This document shows positions 1 through 9,387 of a DNA stretch of 21,559 nucleotides, one piece after another; position 1 is the first letter of the stretch, and each line of letters begins with the position of its first letter. Source of the stretch: a virus. Taxonomy: Duplodnaviria; Heunggongvirae; Uroviricota; Caudoviricetes. The notes beneath the pieces are model-generated. The model was given only the letters and a program-made list of their open reading frames with translations, searched no databases and was not told where the DNA came from. Position numbers and translations under genes: made by a program. The stretch covers positions 1-21,559 of IMG/VR virus record IMGVR_UViG_2711768076_000009. One strand, written 5' to 3'.

Positions 1-789
1 CGTTCCGTCCCAGATACCGCTGTATTGCCGCGTCTGCGGGTTATAGTTCGACGGCACCTGCAGAATGCGCCCGCGCAGATGATAATTACGGCTCACCTGC
101 TGGCTGCCGAACTGCTCCGAATCCACCTGTACGCCGACCAGTGCCGTGTTCGGGTAGCACTGTTTCACATCGATGATTTCGGTGTATGACGACCAGAGCG
201 TTTTGTTCTGCAGCTGGTCTGTGGTGCTGTCCGGCGTCATCCTGCGCATCCGGATATTAAACGGGCGCGGCGGCAGGTTATCCACCACCACCGAGGCCAG
301 ATACTGCGAGGTGGTTTTGCCCTTAATGGTGATGTCTTTTTCCGTCACCCAGCCACCATTACGCTGTATCTGAACCAGCAGGCGAACTTCCGACGGATTC
401 CGGTCCCCCTTTGAGGTGGTTTCCACCAGTGCCTGCACACCGAAGGTAAAGCGCAGACGGTCGATGTTTGCAGACGTAATGGTGCGGGTGATCGGCGTGT
501 CATATTTCACTTCCGTACCCAGCACCGTCTCGGAGCCGGAGGATTCAAACCCCTCCGGCGGTGTCTGCTCCTGCTCACCGGCACGGAACACCACCGTGAC
601 ACCGGAGATGTTGGTATTCCCCTCAGTGTCCAGCACCGGCGTACTGTTCAGCAGCACGCTTTTTAATCCATCCACCGGACCTTCAACCGGCCCTTCACTG
701 ATGGCGTCTATCACGCTCAGCATCTGGGATGATTTCAGGTTGTCCTTCGCTTCGCGCGGGGTATGCCCCTTACTGCTGCCTTTACCCAT
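1..789 (-). CDS. J: Tail tip / host specificity protein J, N-terminal ~263 codons; gene continues beyond window start
   Basis: Minus-strand ATG at 789-787; reverse complement reads MGKGSSKGHTPREAKDNLKSSQ..., which matches the lambda gpJ N-terminus as I recall it. Open to coordinate 1 with no stop, so absent from the ORF track. Gene order I-J as in lambda. Confidence 0.9.
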   Translation of the reverse strand, partial: MGKGSSKGHTPREAKDNLKSSQMLSVIDAISEGPVEGPVDGLKSVLLNSTPVLDTEGNTNISGVTVVFRAGEQEQTPPEGFESSGSETVLGTEVKYDTPITRTITSANIDRLRFTFGVQALVETTSKGDRNPSEVRLLVQIQRNGGWVTEKDITIKGKTTSQYLASVVVDNLPPRPFNIRMRRMTPDSTTDQLQNKTLWSSYTEIIDVKQCYPNTALVGVQVDSEQFGSQQVSRNYHLRGRILQVPSNYNPQTRQYSGIWDGT

Positions 790-810
790 TCCTCACGCTC
801 CAGAAACGAC

Positions 811-830
811 AAAACCGCCCTGAGGCGGTT
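811..830 (-). terminator. Intrinsic-terminator-like hairpin between I and J
   Basis: Minus strand reads AACCGCC-tcag-GGCGGTT followed by TTGTCGTTT; a GGAG/GAGGA Shine-Dalgarno then precedes the J ATG. Confidence 0.45.
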
Positions 831-849
831 TCACATAAAACGTTTTGCA

Positions 850-1497
850 TCAGCGACCAATCACCACAACCTGACCACCGTCCCCTTCGTCTGCCGTGCT
901 GATCTCCTGAGAAGCCACCCGCGACCCCACGCGCATTTCACCGTACAGAACGGGCAGAACATTGCCCTGGGCAACCATGTTATCCAGTGAGGAGAAATAG
1001 GTGTTCTGCTTACCGTTATCCGTTGTCTGTGTACGGGGAGTTCTGGCTTTCGGTGCCAGCATCTGCGCCACACCGCCAAGGATCATACTGGCCCCCGCAG
1101 CATACATGCCCGATAAAGCCGCAGCTCCCAGCCAGCCTGCAGGGTTCCACCACGCCACTGCAATCAGCGCCGCACCCAGCACCGCCTGAAACACACCGCC
1201 ACTTTTTGCTCCCGCAAGACGCGGAACGATGTGGATCACGGCACCATTTTTCAGCGGCTCATTAAGACGGGCTGATAATTCGTTTTCGCCTGCATCACGC
1301 CCGGCAATGCGCACCTGATACCAGCCATCGCTCAGTTTCTGACGAAACGCCGGGATCTGCATGGCCAGCGCCCGGATGGCTTCGGCCCCCGTTTTCACAC
1401 GAAGGTCGATGCGGCGGCCAAATCGTTGCAAATCCCCGTAAAGGCAGATGCGTGCCATGCCCGGTGACGCCAGAGGGAGTGTGTGCGTCGCTGCCAT
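850..1497 (-). CDS. I: Tail assembly protein I
   Basis: 215-aa ORF MAATHTLPLASPGMARICLYGDLQRFG... recognised as lambda gpI-like; sits between K and J. Confidence 0.88.
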   Translation of the reverse strand: MAATHTLPLASPGMARICLYGDLQRFGRRIDLRVKTGAEAIRALAMQIPAFRQKLSDGWYQVRIAGRDAGENELSARLNEPLKNGAVIHIVPRLAGAKSGGVFQAVLGAALIAVAWWNPAGWLGAAALSGMYAAGASMILGGVAQMLAPKARTPRTQTTDNGKQNTYFSSLDNMVAQGNVLPVLYGEMRVGSRVASQEISTADEGDGGQVVVIGR

Positions 1498-2138
1498 TTG
1501 TCGGTATACCTCTCTCGTTTGCTCAGTTGTTCAGGAATATGGTGCAGCAGCTCGCCGTCACCACAGTAAATGGCGGCATGATTCGGCACCGATGAACCAA
1601 AACAGCACAGCAGCACATCGCCCGGCTGCGCCGCTGACAACGGCACCTGATACAGCCCCGTTGCCTCCATATTATCCAGATAGAGATTCTGACCGTGACG
1701 CCACCAGTCATCCTCACGATGAAAATCAGGCATCTCAATTCCCGCCAGATGGTAAGCATCCCGGAACAGCGTGTAACAGTCCGTCACCCCGTGCTCAAAG
1801 CGCCGCCCGGTAAGATGTGGCACACAGCGGAACTTGTGAATCGCCCCCCGGCAGACCAGCCACCACGGCAAATCACTCTGCACCTGCAGCCGCCGGTCGG
1901 CCTCACTCAGCCAGGGCAGAGCACCGGGGTGACTGTGGACCAGCGCCACAATCTCACCCTGCATTTCTGCCCGCAGCCAGTCCTCCGGAGCCATCCGGAA
2001 ATACGCCTCCGGCTCACCGGAGATATTCACGCAGGGAAAATATCTTTCCCCCTCCGGCGTGCTTACCACGAAGCCGCACGACTCCGCTGGCGCACATCGC
2101 CGGGCGTGCGCCAGAATCGCTGATTCTGTCTCTGTCAT
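1395..2138 (-). CDS. K: Tail assembly protein K (JAB/MPN plus NlpC/P60-like)
   Basis: 247-aa ORF MTETESAILAHARRCAPAESCGFVV... with HSHP motif and a Cys-containing C-terminal half; lambda gpK-like. Overlaps I by about 100 nt. Confidence 0.85.
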   Translation of the reverse strand: MTETESAILAHARRCAPAESCGFVVSTPEGERYFPCVNISGEPEAYFRMAPEDWLRAEMQGEIVALVHSHPGALPWLSEADRRLQVQSDLPWWLVCRGAIHKFRCVPHLTGRRFEHGVTDCYTLFRDAYHLAGIEMPDFHREDDWWRHGQNLYLDNMEATGLYQVPLSAAQPGDVLLCCFGSSVPNHAAIYCGDGELLHHIPEQLSKRERYTDKWQRRTHSLWRHRAWHASAFTGICNDLAAASTFV

Positions 2139-2143
2139 GGGAT

Positions 2144-2842
2144 TTACTGCGAAAGTTTGTTAATGGAAAGGAAGCCGCCAAAGTTGCCGACGTTATTGCG
2201 AAACTTACAGCCACTCAGGCATTTGCTGCATTTATCCTTCGTGATATCGGACGTCGGCTGATCATATTCATCCGCGACCGCCGGACCATTATAACCGCAC
2301 TCATCACCGCGATAGGTCCAGGTGCAGGTGTTGGCCAGCATGATGCGCCCCGGAAAAACGGCACCATCCGTTTCCGTCGGTGTGGACAACACAAAGGAGG
2401 CACTGACCGCGCTCAGTTCGCTGCACTGCTCGATGCGCCAGCGGCTGATCACCTCCTGCTCCGGATCGGCGTCACTGTTTCCGTTGACGAAGTTCACCGC
2501 ATCCAGAAAACGGGCGTAAACCTTACGCCTGACCACCGTTCCGCCGACCAGACTCTGCAGGTCTTCCGCCATCCCGGTGACCATGCCGTGCAGGTTAGAG
2601 ACTTTCAGCGTTGGTCTTGCACTGGCTCCTTTGCCGTTCATCTCAAAGCCGCTTCCCTGAATAGGGTACGCCTGATACTGTCGCCCCTGCCAGGTGACCG
2701 GCTCACCTTTTTCGTTCTGCTCATTACAGAAAAAATAACGTTCTCCGCCGACCTCTGTCAGATCGACTTCCCAGAGCACGATCAGCGCGGATTGCTCCGT
2801 TTTAGTGCACTCATTGAGTGTTTCCTGCTGTATATCCTGCAT
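2144..2842 (-). CDS. L: Minor tail protein L
   Basis: 232-aa ORF MQDIQQETLNECTKTEQSALIVLWEVDLTEVGGERYFFCN... with C-terminal Cys cluster, lambda gpL-like; ATGA overlap with the M stop at 2842. Confidence 0.9.
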   Translation of the reverse strand: MQDIQQETLNECTKTEQSALIVLWEVDLTEVGGERYFFCNEQNEKGEPVTWQGRQYQAYPIQGSGFEMNGKGASARPTLKVSNLHGMVTGMAEDLQSLVGGTVVRRKVYARFLDAVNFVNGNSDADPEQEVISRWRIEQCSELSAVSASFVLSTPTETDGAVFPGRIMLANTCTWTYRGDECGYNGPAVADEYDQPTSDITKDKCSKCLSGCKFRNNVGNFGGFLSINKLSQ

Positions 2843-3183
2843 CAGTGAGTGACCTCTTCAAAGGTACAGTTAAAATCGGTATACATGGCATTATCCGAAA
2901 TGCTCCACTCCCTGCAGACAACCCGGACAGTCCTGTTGTGTTTTGGCGGACGCCACAAAAAAGCACGAATCCCGGCATGACGGGATAAAAAACTGTCCAG
3001 CGCGGCACGGGAATATTCATCTGTGACACGAAATACCGGTTTAAACGTTTTCAGATCCGCATTCAGACCACCAGCCCGTCTCTGTTCATATCCGTCACCA
3101 AACTTTACCGTAATAACTGATGGCTTTCGTGTCGTCTCCATCCCCTCACGGGGGATCCAGTTAAAAACTTCAGGCTCAGGCAC
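2842..3183 (-). CDS. Minor tail protein M (divergent from lambda M)
   Basis: ORF track gives 2842..3228 (128 aa), but that start lies inside the tape-measure gene. A GTG at 3183-3181 is preceded by GGAGGA at 8-nt spacing and gives about 113 aa, close to lambda M at about 109 aa by my recollection. Alternative ATG starts at 3198 or 3141. Conserved FGDGY motif. Confidence 0.65.
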   Translation of the reverse strand: MPEPEVFNWIPREGMETTRKPSVITVKFGDGYEQRRAGGLNADLKTFKPVFRVTDEYSRAALDSFLSRHAGIRAFLWRPPKHNRTVRVVCREWSISDNAMYTDFNCTFEEVTH

Positions 3184-6100
3184 TGTACAATCCTCCATCC
3201 CGACGCGATGACTGCATAATTGACACAACCCTGCTGTCGATCAGATCCACCAGTCCCCTGGCTGAGCGCGCATCTATCTCGCCATTGCTCCCTTGATTCT
3301 GAATGCTGATGTGATACACGGGAGAATAAACAAACCCCCCGCCACTATTCACATTGCCAATGGCTCTGACCCCAAGAGAGCCGTCCGCTGCCCGTGTCAG
3401 TGGCATGATAGCTTCAGGCCCGGCCTCGCCCATCAGCCCGGCACCTTTCGCAAAAGCAAAATACGTCGGTGTATCCACAATAGTGTTACTGTAAGCACTC
3501 AGATTTGCCGATGTGTAAACACCACCTTTTGCGTTTGCCACCGCCCCCGAAATCCATCCGCCGACCGTACCAAGCCACCCTCCGGCACCGGAGAGTGACT
3601 TCAGTCCGTTAACAATGGCCGCATTCATCAGAATTTTTGAAACTTCCTGGAGAATTGAACTCCCCCAGTTTCTCCAGTCCACAACATTTCCGGCCAGTGC
3701 ATCGGAAATATTTGATACCAGTCCGTCCATAGTGGAAACGACAGCATCTGCCGCCTGCGAAGCATAATCGGTGGCACTGTCTGCCCAGTTGGTCAGCCCC
3801 TCCTGGAGTCCTGCATTCCAGTTATTACGTAAAGCATCGGCCTTTGCATAATAATCCTGCTGATCGCTGAGACGCTCTTCCAGATATTTTTTATTCAGTT
3901 CTTTCTCCTGTTTCCACAGGGCTTCTTCAATTTCTCCGGCCTGATACTGTCTCAGCAGCTCGTTATTTTTCTGCTCAAACTCATGCCGGATACTCCACAT
4001 TTCCTGGAGTCGTTCACGCATCCGTGAGCCTTCACCATATCCCAGTAACTGCGCGTCGTTAGACGCCCGGGTACTGGCATTACTGTCCGCCAGGCTGCTT
4101 TCATACGCAGCAAGCTGCTCACGAATCTTTTTCTGGTCGATGAGTGCTGCATTCTGCAAAAGCGTTTTTTTCTGCGCTTCTGACAGGGTTGATAATTCGC
4201 CCTGACTGACCTGATATTTCATCTTAGCCAGTTCAGTATTCTGCCCTGCCAGTGCTATTTGTTCTTTTTGCTGTTTAATCAGCCGTTTATAAATATCTTC
4301 TGTTTTTTCCGCTTCGGTCTTTTTATGCGCTTTGGGTTTATTTGCCTGGTTATTTCGCCAGGCATCCAGTGAGTTATTGATATAATTCTGTCTGGCTGTC
4401 TGATACGCCTCTCCCACAAAGCCGAGATCATCCGCAGCATAACCCAAGCGGGCACGCTCACGGGCTTCCCCCTTCAGGCGGGACAGAGCCAGTTCGCGCT
4501 CGCTGTTATTCAGTGCAGTCTGCTGTTTATCATCCAGGGTTGCCTGTGGTAGCCGTAACGGTACATTCACCAGCCCCTGTCGCTGCTGAAGTAATTCATT
4601 ACCGAGCCCGAGAAGGCGATTAAACTCGGTATGCTGCCCATTCATGATCAACAGGGACTGATACGCTTTGTTTTGTTCCGCGGCCTGTTGACGGATCAAC
4701 GCCACCCGTCGCTCCTCCAGCCCGGCAAGCACATCCTGAATGGATTGCGCTTTGCCCTGCATTTGTGTGAGACGGGACTGTTCAACTGCCAGTTGATTTG
4801 TTGCTTCTGCAAGCCCTTCTGTGACAGTTTTTACCGACGTCATGTGGTTAATCATAAAACCGTTATCGGTTGTCCAGCCCGGGTTTGCCAGCACATACTG
4901 ATAGCCAGCAATTTTTTCCTGTAAGGATTTAATCTTACTTTTCTGCTCGTCAATTAACCTGTTTTGCTCATCAAGTGCCTGCCGCGTCTTTTCCTCATTA
5001 TCTGACGCTTCAGGAAGCGACATTGCCGACGTTTTCTGGCGAATTTCGTCGATTGTTGCGGCATACTGGCGTGCAGATTCTCTGGCCTGCTCCTGATTCT
5101 GATACATCGTGTACCAGGCCGTCGCCCCCAGCATGACGAGTCCCGGCACACCACCAACCAACCCCAGCGCACCACTTAACAGACGACTCCCCACTGACGT
5201 GACAGTATTCAGCGTTGTCTGTGCCGCTGTTCTGGCCGCAATATTACGGGTAAGTGACGCCTGGGCAGCTGTCAGCTTCGCTTCTGCTGCGGCCTGCCTT
5301 TCGGTACCGCGAGCAGCAACAACCGCCTGTTGCGCACGATAAACCGCCGCACGCGCCCTGGCGGTTGCTATCTGTGTCCCCCGAAGTTGCGCTTCAGCAA
5401 GAGCCACTTCGTTTCTGGCTGCAGTAATTAATCCGGCAGTTGCAGATCCAGCAGAAGACGCCATATTGCCAAAATATCGGGCTACCCCGACGGCAACCAG
5501 AGCACCGGCAGCGGTTGCCACGGTGTCAATATTGCCTGCAAGACCATTCAGCACCCCGGAGAGCGTCTTCGTCACTCCGCTTGCCTCGTTCGCACCACCA
5601 ACCCAGGCCATAAAGGCGTTTTCAACTTTGGTTGCAGAGGATGAAACCGTATCAGGCATTGCTGCATATTCATCACGCAACGCCCCAAGCTGACTAATCA
5701 GTGCAGGAACAACCTTATCGGCGGTCAACTTTCCGTTATCCGCCATGGCCTTCAGATCCTTACGGGCAACTCCCATTCCCGCAGCCAGAGCACGAATAAC
5801 ACGATCGCCGTTCTCATTCACCGAGTTAAACTCTTCACCGCGCAGCACTCCCTGCGCCAGAGCCTGACTGAACTGCGTGATCACCGAACTGGCTTCTGCT
5901 GTACTGGCACCGGATAATTTCAGGCCCGTGGAGATCGCCTCGGTGACTTTCAATACCTCCTCAGAACTGTAACCATACTCCCGCATGGAAGCTGCAGAGC
6001 GGGCAAAAAGGCTGGCGTTATCAGAAAAAGCCGTCCCCGTTCTCTGGCTGATCGCCATTAATTCACGCTGTGATGACTGAAAATCATCACTGGACTGTGA

Positions 6101-6409
6101 GGCCTGCTTCAGACGGGCATTTACTGAATTCCACTCATCGGCGAGAGAAATAAGATGACCGGTAGCAAAAGCCCCGGCAAATGCCCCCGCCATGTTCAGT
6201 GCCGAAGATTTAGCTGTATTTATCTGATCCGTCACTTCTGCCAGTGCACGCCGCATTTCACGGGATGCAGCAGCGGACTGCCGGCCTCCGTTCTGCATGG
6301 TACGGTAGTAATCCTGCCCCATACGCGAAGCCCGGGAGATCTCTGACTGGAATGACCGGGAATTTGCCGAGATTTTAATAATCAGTTCACGTAATGTCGC
6401 CACACTCAT
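3176..6409 (-). CDS. Tail tape measure protein (1077 aa)
   Basis: Long Ala/Gln-rich ORF with extended heptad-like regions and a Gly-rich C-terminus; lies between G-T and M; GGAGA Shine-Dalgarno immediately before the ATG. Confidence 0.9.
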   Translation of the reverse strand: MSVATLRELIIKISANSRSFQSEISRASRMGQDYYRTMQNGGRQSAAASREMRRALAEVTDQINTAKSSALNMAGAFAGAFATGHLISLADEWNSVNARLKQASQSSDDFQSSQRELMAISQRTGTAFSDNASLFARSAASMREYGYSSEEVLKVTEAISTGLKLSGASTAEASSVITQFSQALAQGVLRGEEFNSVNENGDRVIRALAAGMGVARKDLKAMADNGKLTADKVVPALISQLGALRDEYAAMPDTVSSSATKVENAFMAWVGGANEASGVTKTLSGVLNGLAGNIDTVATAAGALVAVGVARYFGNMASSAGSATAGLITAARNEVALAEAQLRGTQIATARARAAVYRAQQAVVAARGTERQAAAEAKLTAAQASLTRNIAARTAAQTTLNTVTSVGSRLLSGALGLVGGVPGLVMLGATAWYTMYQNQEQARESARQYAATIDEIRQKTSAMSLPEASDNEEKTRQALDEQNRLIDEQKSKIKSLQEKIAGYQYVLANPGWTTDNGFMINHMTSVKTVTEGLAEATNQLAVEQSRLTQMQGKAQSIQDVLAGLEERRVALIRQQAAEQNKAYQSLLIMNGQHTEFNRLLGLGNELLQQRQGLVNVPLRLPQATLDDKQQTALNNSERELALSRLKGEARERARLGYAADDLGFVGEAYQTARQNYINNSLDAWRNNQANKPKAHKKTEAEKTEDIYKRLIKQQKEQIALAGQNTELAKMKYQVSQGELSTLSEAQKKTLLQNAALIDQKKIREQLAAYESSLADSNASTRASNDAQLLGYGEGSRMRERLQEMWSIRHEFEQKNNELLRQYQAGEIEEALWKQEKELNKKYLEERLSDQQDYYAKADALRNNWNAGLQEGLTNWADSATDYASQAADAVVSTMDGLVSNISDALAGNVVDWRNWGSSILQEVSKILMNAAIVNGLKSLSGAGGWLGTVGGWISGAVANAKGGVYTSANLSAYSNTIVDTPTYFAFAKGAGLMGEAGPEAIMPLTRAADGSLGVRAIGNVNSGGGFVYSPVYHISIQNQGSNGEIDARSARGLVDLIDSRVVSIMQSSRRDGGLYSA

Positions 6410-6419
6410 TCTCCGGACG

Positions 6420-6440
6420 AAAAAAAACCGCCGAAGCGGT
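6420..6440 (-). terminator. Intrinsic-terminator-like hairpin between T and tape measure gene
   Basis: Minus strand reads ACCGC-ttcg-GCGGT followed by a run of 8 T (plus-strand A run 6420-6427); located 10 nt upstream of the tape measure ATG. Confidence 0.5.
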
Positions 6441-6449
6441 TATGTTGAC

Positions 6450-7138
6450 TCACTGAGACACTATTAAAAGCGCGTTTTCCAGTCCAGCAAATGGATCTGA
6501 TACGCCTTCTGTCTGCTCCTTCTCCCACTGAAGAAGCGCATCATTCAGTGGCACTTTGACCCCCTGCGCACCGTAAACAGCTGAAACAATCTGGGCAGCC
6601 CGGATATCAGCCCGTTCGTCCCCCAGCGGGCTGAACCTGTCAAATTCTGCCCACATCATGATTTCTGATGCGGACATTTCCCGGCGTAACTCTGACAATG
6701 TGCGCCCCATCCTGAGCGCCAGCATCATCAGAAAACGCATCCCCGGAAGCGCTACTTTTTTTTAACCTCGCCGGCATCACTGATCAGTTCCAGAGACTGC
6801 CGAAGAAGCCGCGCATGCACCGGGCCATACACGGCAATCACCTGTTCACGATCATCCTCTGAAAATACAGGTTGCAGTCCGGTATCACACAGAACATCGA
6901 TGAACAGTTCAACATCCGCTTCCAGATTTCGGCGGGCGCGCTCCGCAACGGATAACGGTGTCTCATCATCTTTTGCTTTAACGATCTCCTGCCAGCGCAA
7001 CCAGGCTTCTGCAGAAGGTTCCCGTAATACAACCGTTGCCCCTTCCCATTCAGGCACATCAACAGTTTTATGGCGAAACCCCGACATCGTTGCCAGTGCC
7101 AGATTACGGATATTTTTAGTCATCACATCTATCCTCAT
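6450..7138 (-). CDS. Tail assembly chaperone G-T fusion via programmed -1 frameshift
   Basis: The T reading frame (ORF 6450..6740) is the -1 frame relative to G and is open back through the slip site; predicted junction ...GEVKK-KVALPGMRFLMM.... Slippery heptamer A AAA AAG at 6761-6755 on the minus strand. Confidence 0.7.
6752..7138 (-). CDS. Tail assembly chaperone G (0-frame product)
   Basis: 128-aa acidic ORF ending GEVKKK-stop; sits immediately after the major tail gene (TAATG overlap at 7138) and before the tape measure, the canonical G position. Confidence 0.8.
   Translation of the reverse strand: MRIDVMTKNIRNLALATMSGFRHKTVDVPEWEGATVVLREPSAEAWLRWQEIVKAKDDETPLSVAERARRNLEADVELFIDVLCDTGLQPVFSEDDREQVIAVYGPVHARLLRQSLELISDAGEVKKK
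6755..6763 (-). other. Slippery sequence (A AAA AAG) for G-T -1 ribosomal frameshift
   Basis: Plus-strand T run 6756-6763 preceded by C6755; minus-strand G frame reads GTT AAA AAA AAG TAG. Confidence 0.65.
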
Positions 7139-7842
7139 TAACTGACGGTAACAGTGCAGGAAGTAGAGGTCACCTTGTTAACAGGGCTTGCTGAATCAGA
7201 AATCTCGCAGGTATACGCACCGGCATCACCGGATGCTGCTGATGCCTTACTGAACGTTGCCGCCGTCTGTCCGGAAACAGGAGAACCACCTTTTTTCCAG
7301 GCATAAGAATAAGGCGGCACACCACCCGCAGCCTCAACCGCCATTTCAAGTTTCGCTCCAGAAGAAACCCGCAGCGTGCTTTTTAAATCGACCTTCACTT
7401 TCAGCGGCTCTGTCGTCAGCACAGGTTTACCTTTCAGGCGCAGAGAAAACGTTGCAGCCACAACACCATTGGTTCCTGCAGACCAGGTATGCTGACGCAC
7501 CTCTGCCATAAAGGTAAATCCGTTGCCTGACGGAAAAATAACTTTAAAGCCATACGTGGTGTCATTGTCATAGGCACTGCGCAACGCGTTCTGGGCAGCA
7601 TTCAGATAAAAGTTGCCTGACATGGAAATCTCTGAAGTAGCCCCAAGGCCGTTAATATTTTCCTGCTCAACAGAACACAGCGTGGTGACATCAATATCCT
7701 GCTTTTGTCCTGCGGTAAACTGCACCTCTTTGATTGTACAGCTCAGGCCAAGATAGCTGGCAGAATCCAGGGTTTCTGCTGTTACCGGTGCAGACGAAAT
7801 CATAATTTTCGTCAGTTGCGAACGCTCAAAATTAGAGGACAT
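7138..7842 (-). CDS. Major tail protein with C-terminal Ig-like domain
   Basis: 234-aa ORF upstream of G/T; C-terminal ~90 aa (KVKVDLKSTLRVSSGAKLEMAVEAAGGVPPYSYAWKKGG...CTVTVS) resembles a Big_2-type Ig fold as carried by lambda gpV. Confidence 0.8.
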   Translation of the reverse strand: MSSNFERSQLTKIMISSAPVTAETLDSASYLGLSCTIKEVQFTAGQKQDIDVTTLCSVEQENINGLGATSEISMSGNFYLNAAQNALRSAYDNDTTYGFKVIFPSGNGFTFMAEVRQHTWSAGTNGVVAATFSLRLKGKPVLTTEPLKVKVDLKSTLRVSSGAKLEMAVEAAGGVPPYSYAWKKGGSPVSGQTAATFSKASAASGDAGAYTCEISDSASPVNKVTSTSCTVTVS

Positions 7843-7861
7843 ACTCGTCTCCTGAAAATAA

Positions 7862-7881
7862 TAAAACCCGCCAGCGGCGGG
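7862..7881 (-). terminator. Hairpin plus T-run upstream of major tail gene
   Basis: Minus strand reads CCCGCC-gct-GGCGGG followed by TTTTATTATTTT, overlapping the AGGAGA Shine-Dalgarno of the major tail gene. Confidence 0.4.
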
Positions 7882-7902
7882 GGGGGAAAATCATTAATGA
7901 CC

Positions 7903-8247
7903 TCAGGCTATTACCTGGAATTCAAGCGTGGCTCTGCTCAGACGGGAGTCAGGATCATAACCCTGCGTTTTAGAAATAACGGAGGGTGCCAGTTTTCTTA
8001 CCGCATCAAGCGCCTGCTCACGAATATTATCTGCGTCATCAGGTACTGTGGCCCAGACATCGATCTGCACGGTAATTCTGGATTCAGCCTGCCCATCAAG
8101 CACATCAGATGCCGTGTCAGACACCACAGAAAACACCAGCCACGGCGGAGATACCGCAGGCTTTCCCTCCGTCAGCGGGACCACATAAGGATAAACCTGT
8201 CCTCCGGCCAGCTGAGACAACAGGGAATACAGTGTGCCCTCCCTCAT
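7903..8247 (-). CDS. Tail completion / terminator-like protein (DUF3168-like)
   Basis: 114-aa ORF directly upstream of the major tail gene; family assignment is by position and size, held at moderate confidence. Confidence 0.6.
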   Translation of the reverse strand: MREGTLYSLLSQLAGGQVYPYVVPLTEGKPAVSPPWLVFSVVSDTASDVLDGQAESRITVQIDVWATVPDDADNIREQALDAVRKLAPSVISKTQGYDPDSRLSRATLEFQVIA

Positions 8248-8693
8248 TTACTTAAGACCTCATCAATAGCCTGATTCATTCGCTGTATGGCAACCTGCGC
8301 CGCCAGCTCCTCTGTCGTATCGAAAGCCGGGCGAATGAATGGATGCGCAGGCATGTTTATCGTTCCCAGCTCCACAAAGCGCCAGTAAAATGCATTTCGG
8401 GGATCGCTGGCTTTCATGCTGTTATCACTGTTTCCGGTTCGCAGGTTCCGTCCGCGAATGTGGACACCCGAGATAATTTCCCCCCGACGCTTTGAACGCT
8501 GAGTGAGAACAACCACATTTTTCTTCAGTTTCCCGGTTCGCTCCGGCGCACGTTCAACAACTGCATCCCGCATAACTTCAGCACCGGCACGGGTGGCATC
8601 GCGCAGAACCTTATTGTTTTCTGCCCTGCTGAGCGTCTCCAAATCCCGTGCAATATCCGCCAGGCCGGAAAAATCAAGACTGAAATCCATCAC
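8244..8693 (-). CDS. HK97 gp10-like head-tail joining protein
   Basis: 149-aa ORF in the head-tail connector block; overlaps its neighbours by 4 nt at each end. Confidence 0.65.
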   Translation of the reverse strand: MMDFSLDFSGLADIARDLETLSRAENNKVLRDATRAGAEVMRDAVVERAPERTGKLKKNVVVLTQRSKRRGEIISGVHIRGRNLRTGNSDNSMKASDPRNAFYWRFVELGTINMPAHPFIRPAFDTTEELAAQVAIQRMNQAIDEVLSK

Positions 8694-9028
8694 ACATTCC
8701 CCTTCAGGCTGCAGAGTATTTCAAGCCGGGTAGCGCGTGCATCCGGTATTGGTGGACCTTCTATACCCAGAATGGCCCCTTTAAATGCACCGGTCAGCAC
8801 TTTCAGACGTGAAGTCGCTGTCACATCGCGCCGGAATCTCATCCAGACTCTGACCGTAGCCTGAGCGGTTTCTGCTCCGCCTGAGATTATCTCCCTCCCG
8901 CTGATACCCTTAACTTCTGCCCATACGGTAGCTCCCTCCGTCACCGTCTCCACCGGATGCCCTGACGGAGAGCGGGCGGTGGTGACATTCAGAATAATTA
9001 CGCGATCACGTAATCTGCCCGCCTGCAT
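8690..9028 (-). CDS. Head-tail adaptor / head closure protein
   Basis: 112-aa ORF between the gp6-like connector and the gp10-like gene. Confidence 0.65.
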   Translation of the reverse strand: MQAGRLRDRVIILNVTTARSPSGHPVETVTEGATVWAEVKGISGREIISGGAETAQATVRVWMRFRRDVTATSRLKVLTGAFKGAILGIEGPPIPDARATRLEILCSLKGNV

Positions 9029-9036
9029 GTCTCCTC

Positions 9037-9354
9037 CTACAAAGGAATAAAACGATAAGGCTCCAGCAGAGAAGAAAAACCAAACGGGACTGGTGCCTTG
9101 CTGACATCTGAGGAATTTTCCCGGTTTTCGTACCAGTGCCCGACCAGCAACATGAGCGCCAGCAAAACATCATCAGCTATAAGCACCCCTTCAGGATCAC
9201 CTTCCGGCACCGTCTCCTCATAAAGCTTACGGTTGATAAAATTTTCTGCCTTGCGGCAGGCAGCCCGGAAATACAGCATCAGTAACTCATCATCAGTTGC
9301 ATCATCTGTATCAATACGGCACTGCGCCCTGAGTTTTTCCACTATTGCTGCCAT
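9037..9354 (-). CDS. Head-tail connector protein (gp6-like)
   Basis: ORF track gives a 165-aa version that overlaps the capsid gene and terminator. The internal ATG at 9354 (MAAIVEKLRAQCRIDTDDATDDELL...) has an AGGAG Shine-Dalgarno and lies just downstream of the post-capsid terminator, giving about 105 aa. Confidence 0.65.
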   Translation of the reverse strand: MAAIVEKLRAQCRIDTDDATDDELLMLYFRAACRKAENFINRKLYEETVPEGDPEGVLIADDVLLALMLLVGHWYENRENSSDVSKAPVPFGFSSLLEPYRFIPL

Positions 9355-9387
9355 CAGAAACTCCTGCCCGCAACACTGTGCGGGCAT

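Noticed and set aside
416-823. 135-aa plus-strand ORF at the window start
   Set aside because: Lies antisense within the J coding region, whose minus-strand translation matches the lambda gpJ N-terminus.
1817-2848. 343-aa plus-strand ORF
   Set aside because: Antisense to the well-supported L and K genes in a GC-rich region; Pro/Arg/Ala-rich low-complexity translation typical of a spurious antisense frame.
7705-8274. 189-aa plus-strand ORF
   Set aside because: Antisense across the major tail and DUF3168-like genes; Arg/Cys-rich spurious frame.
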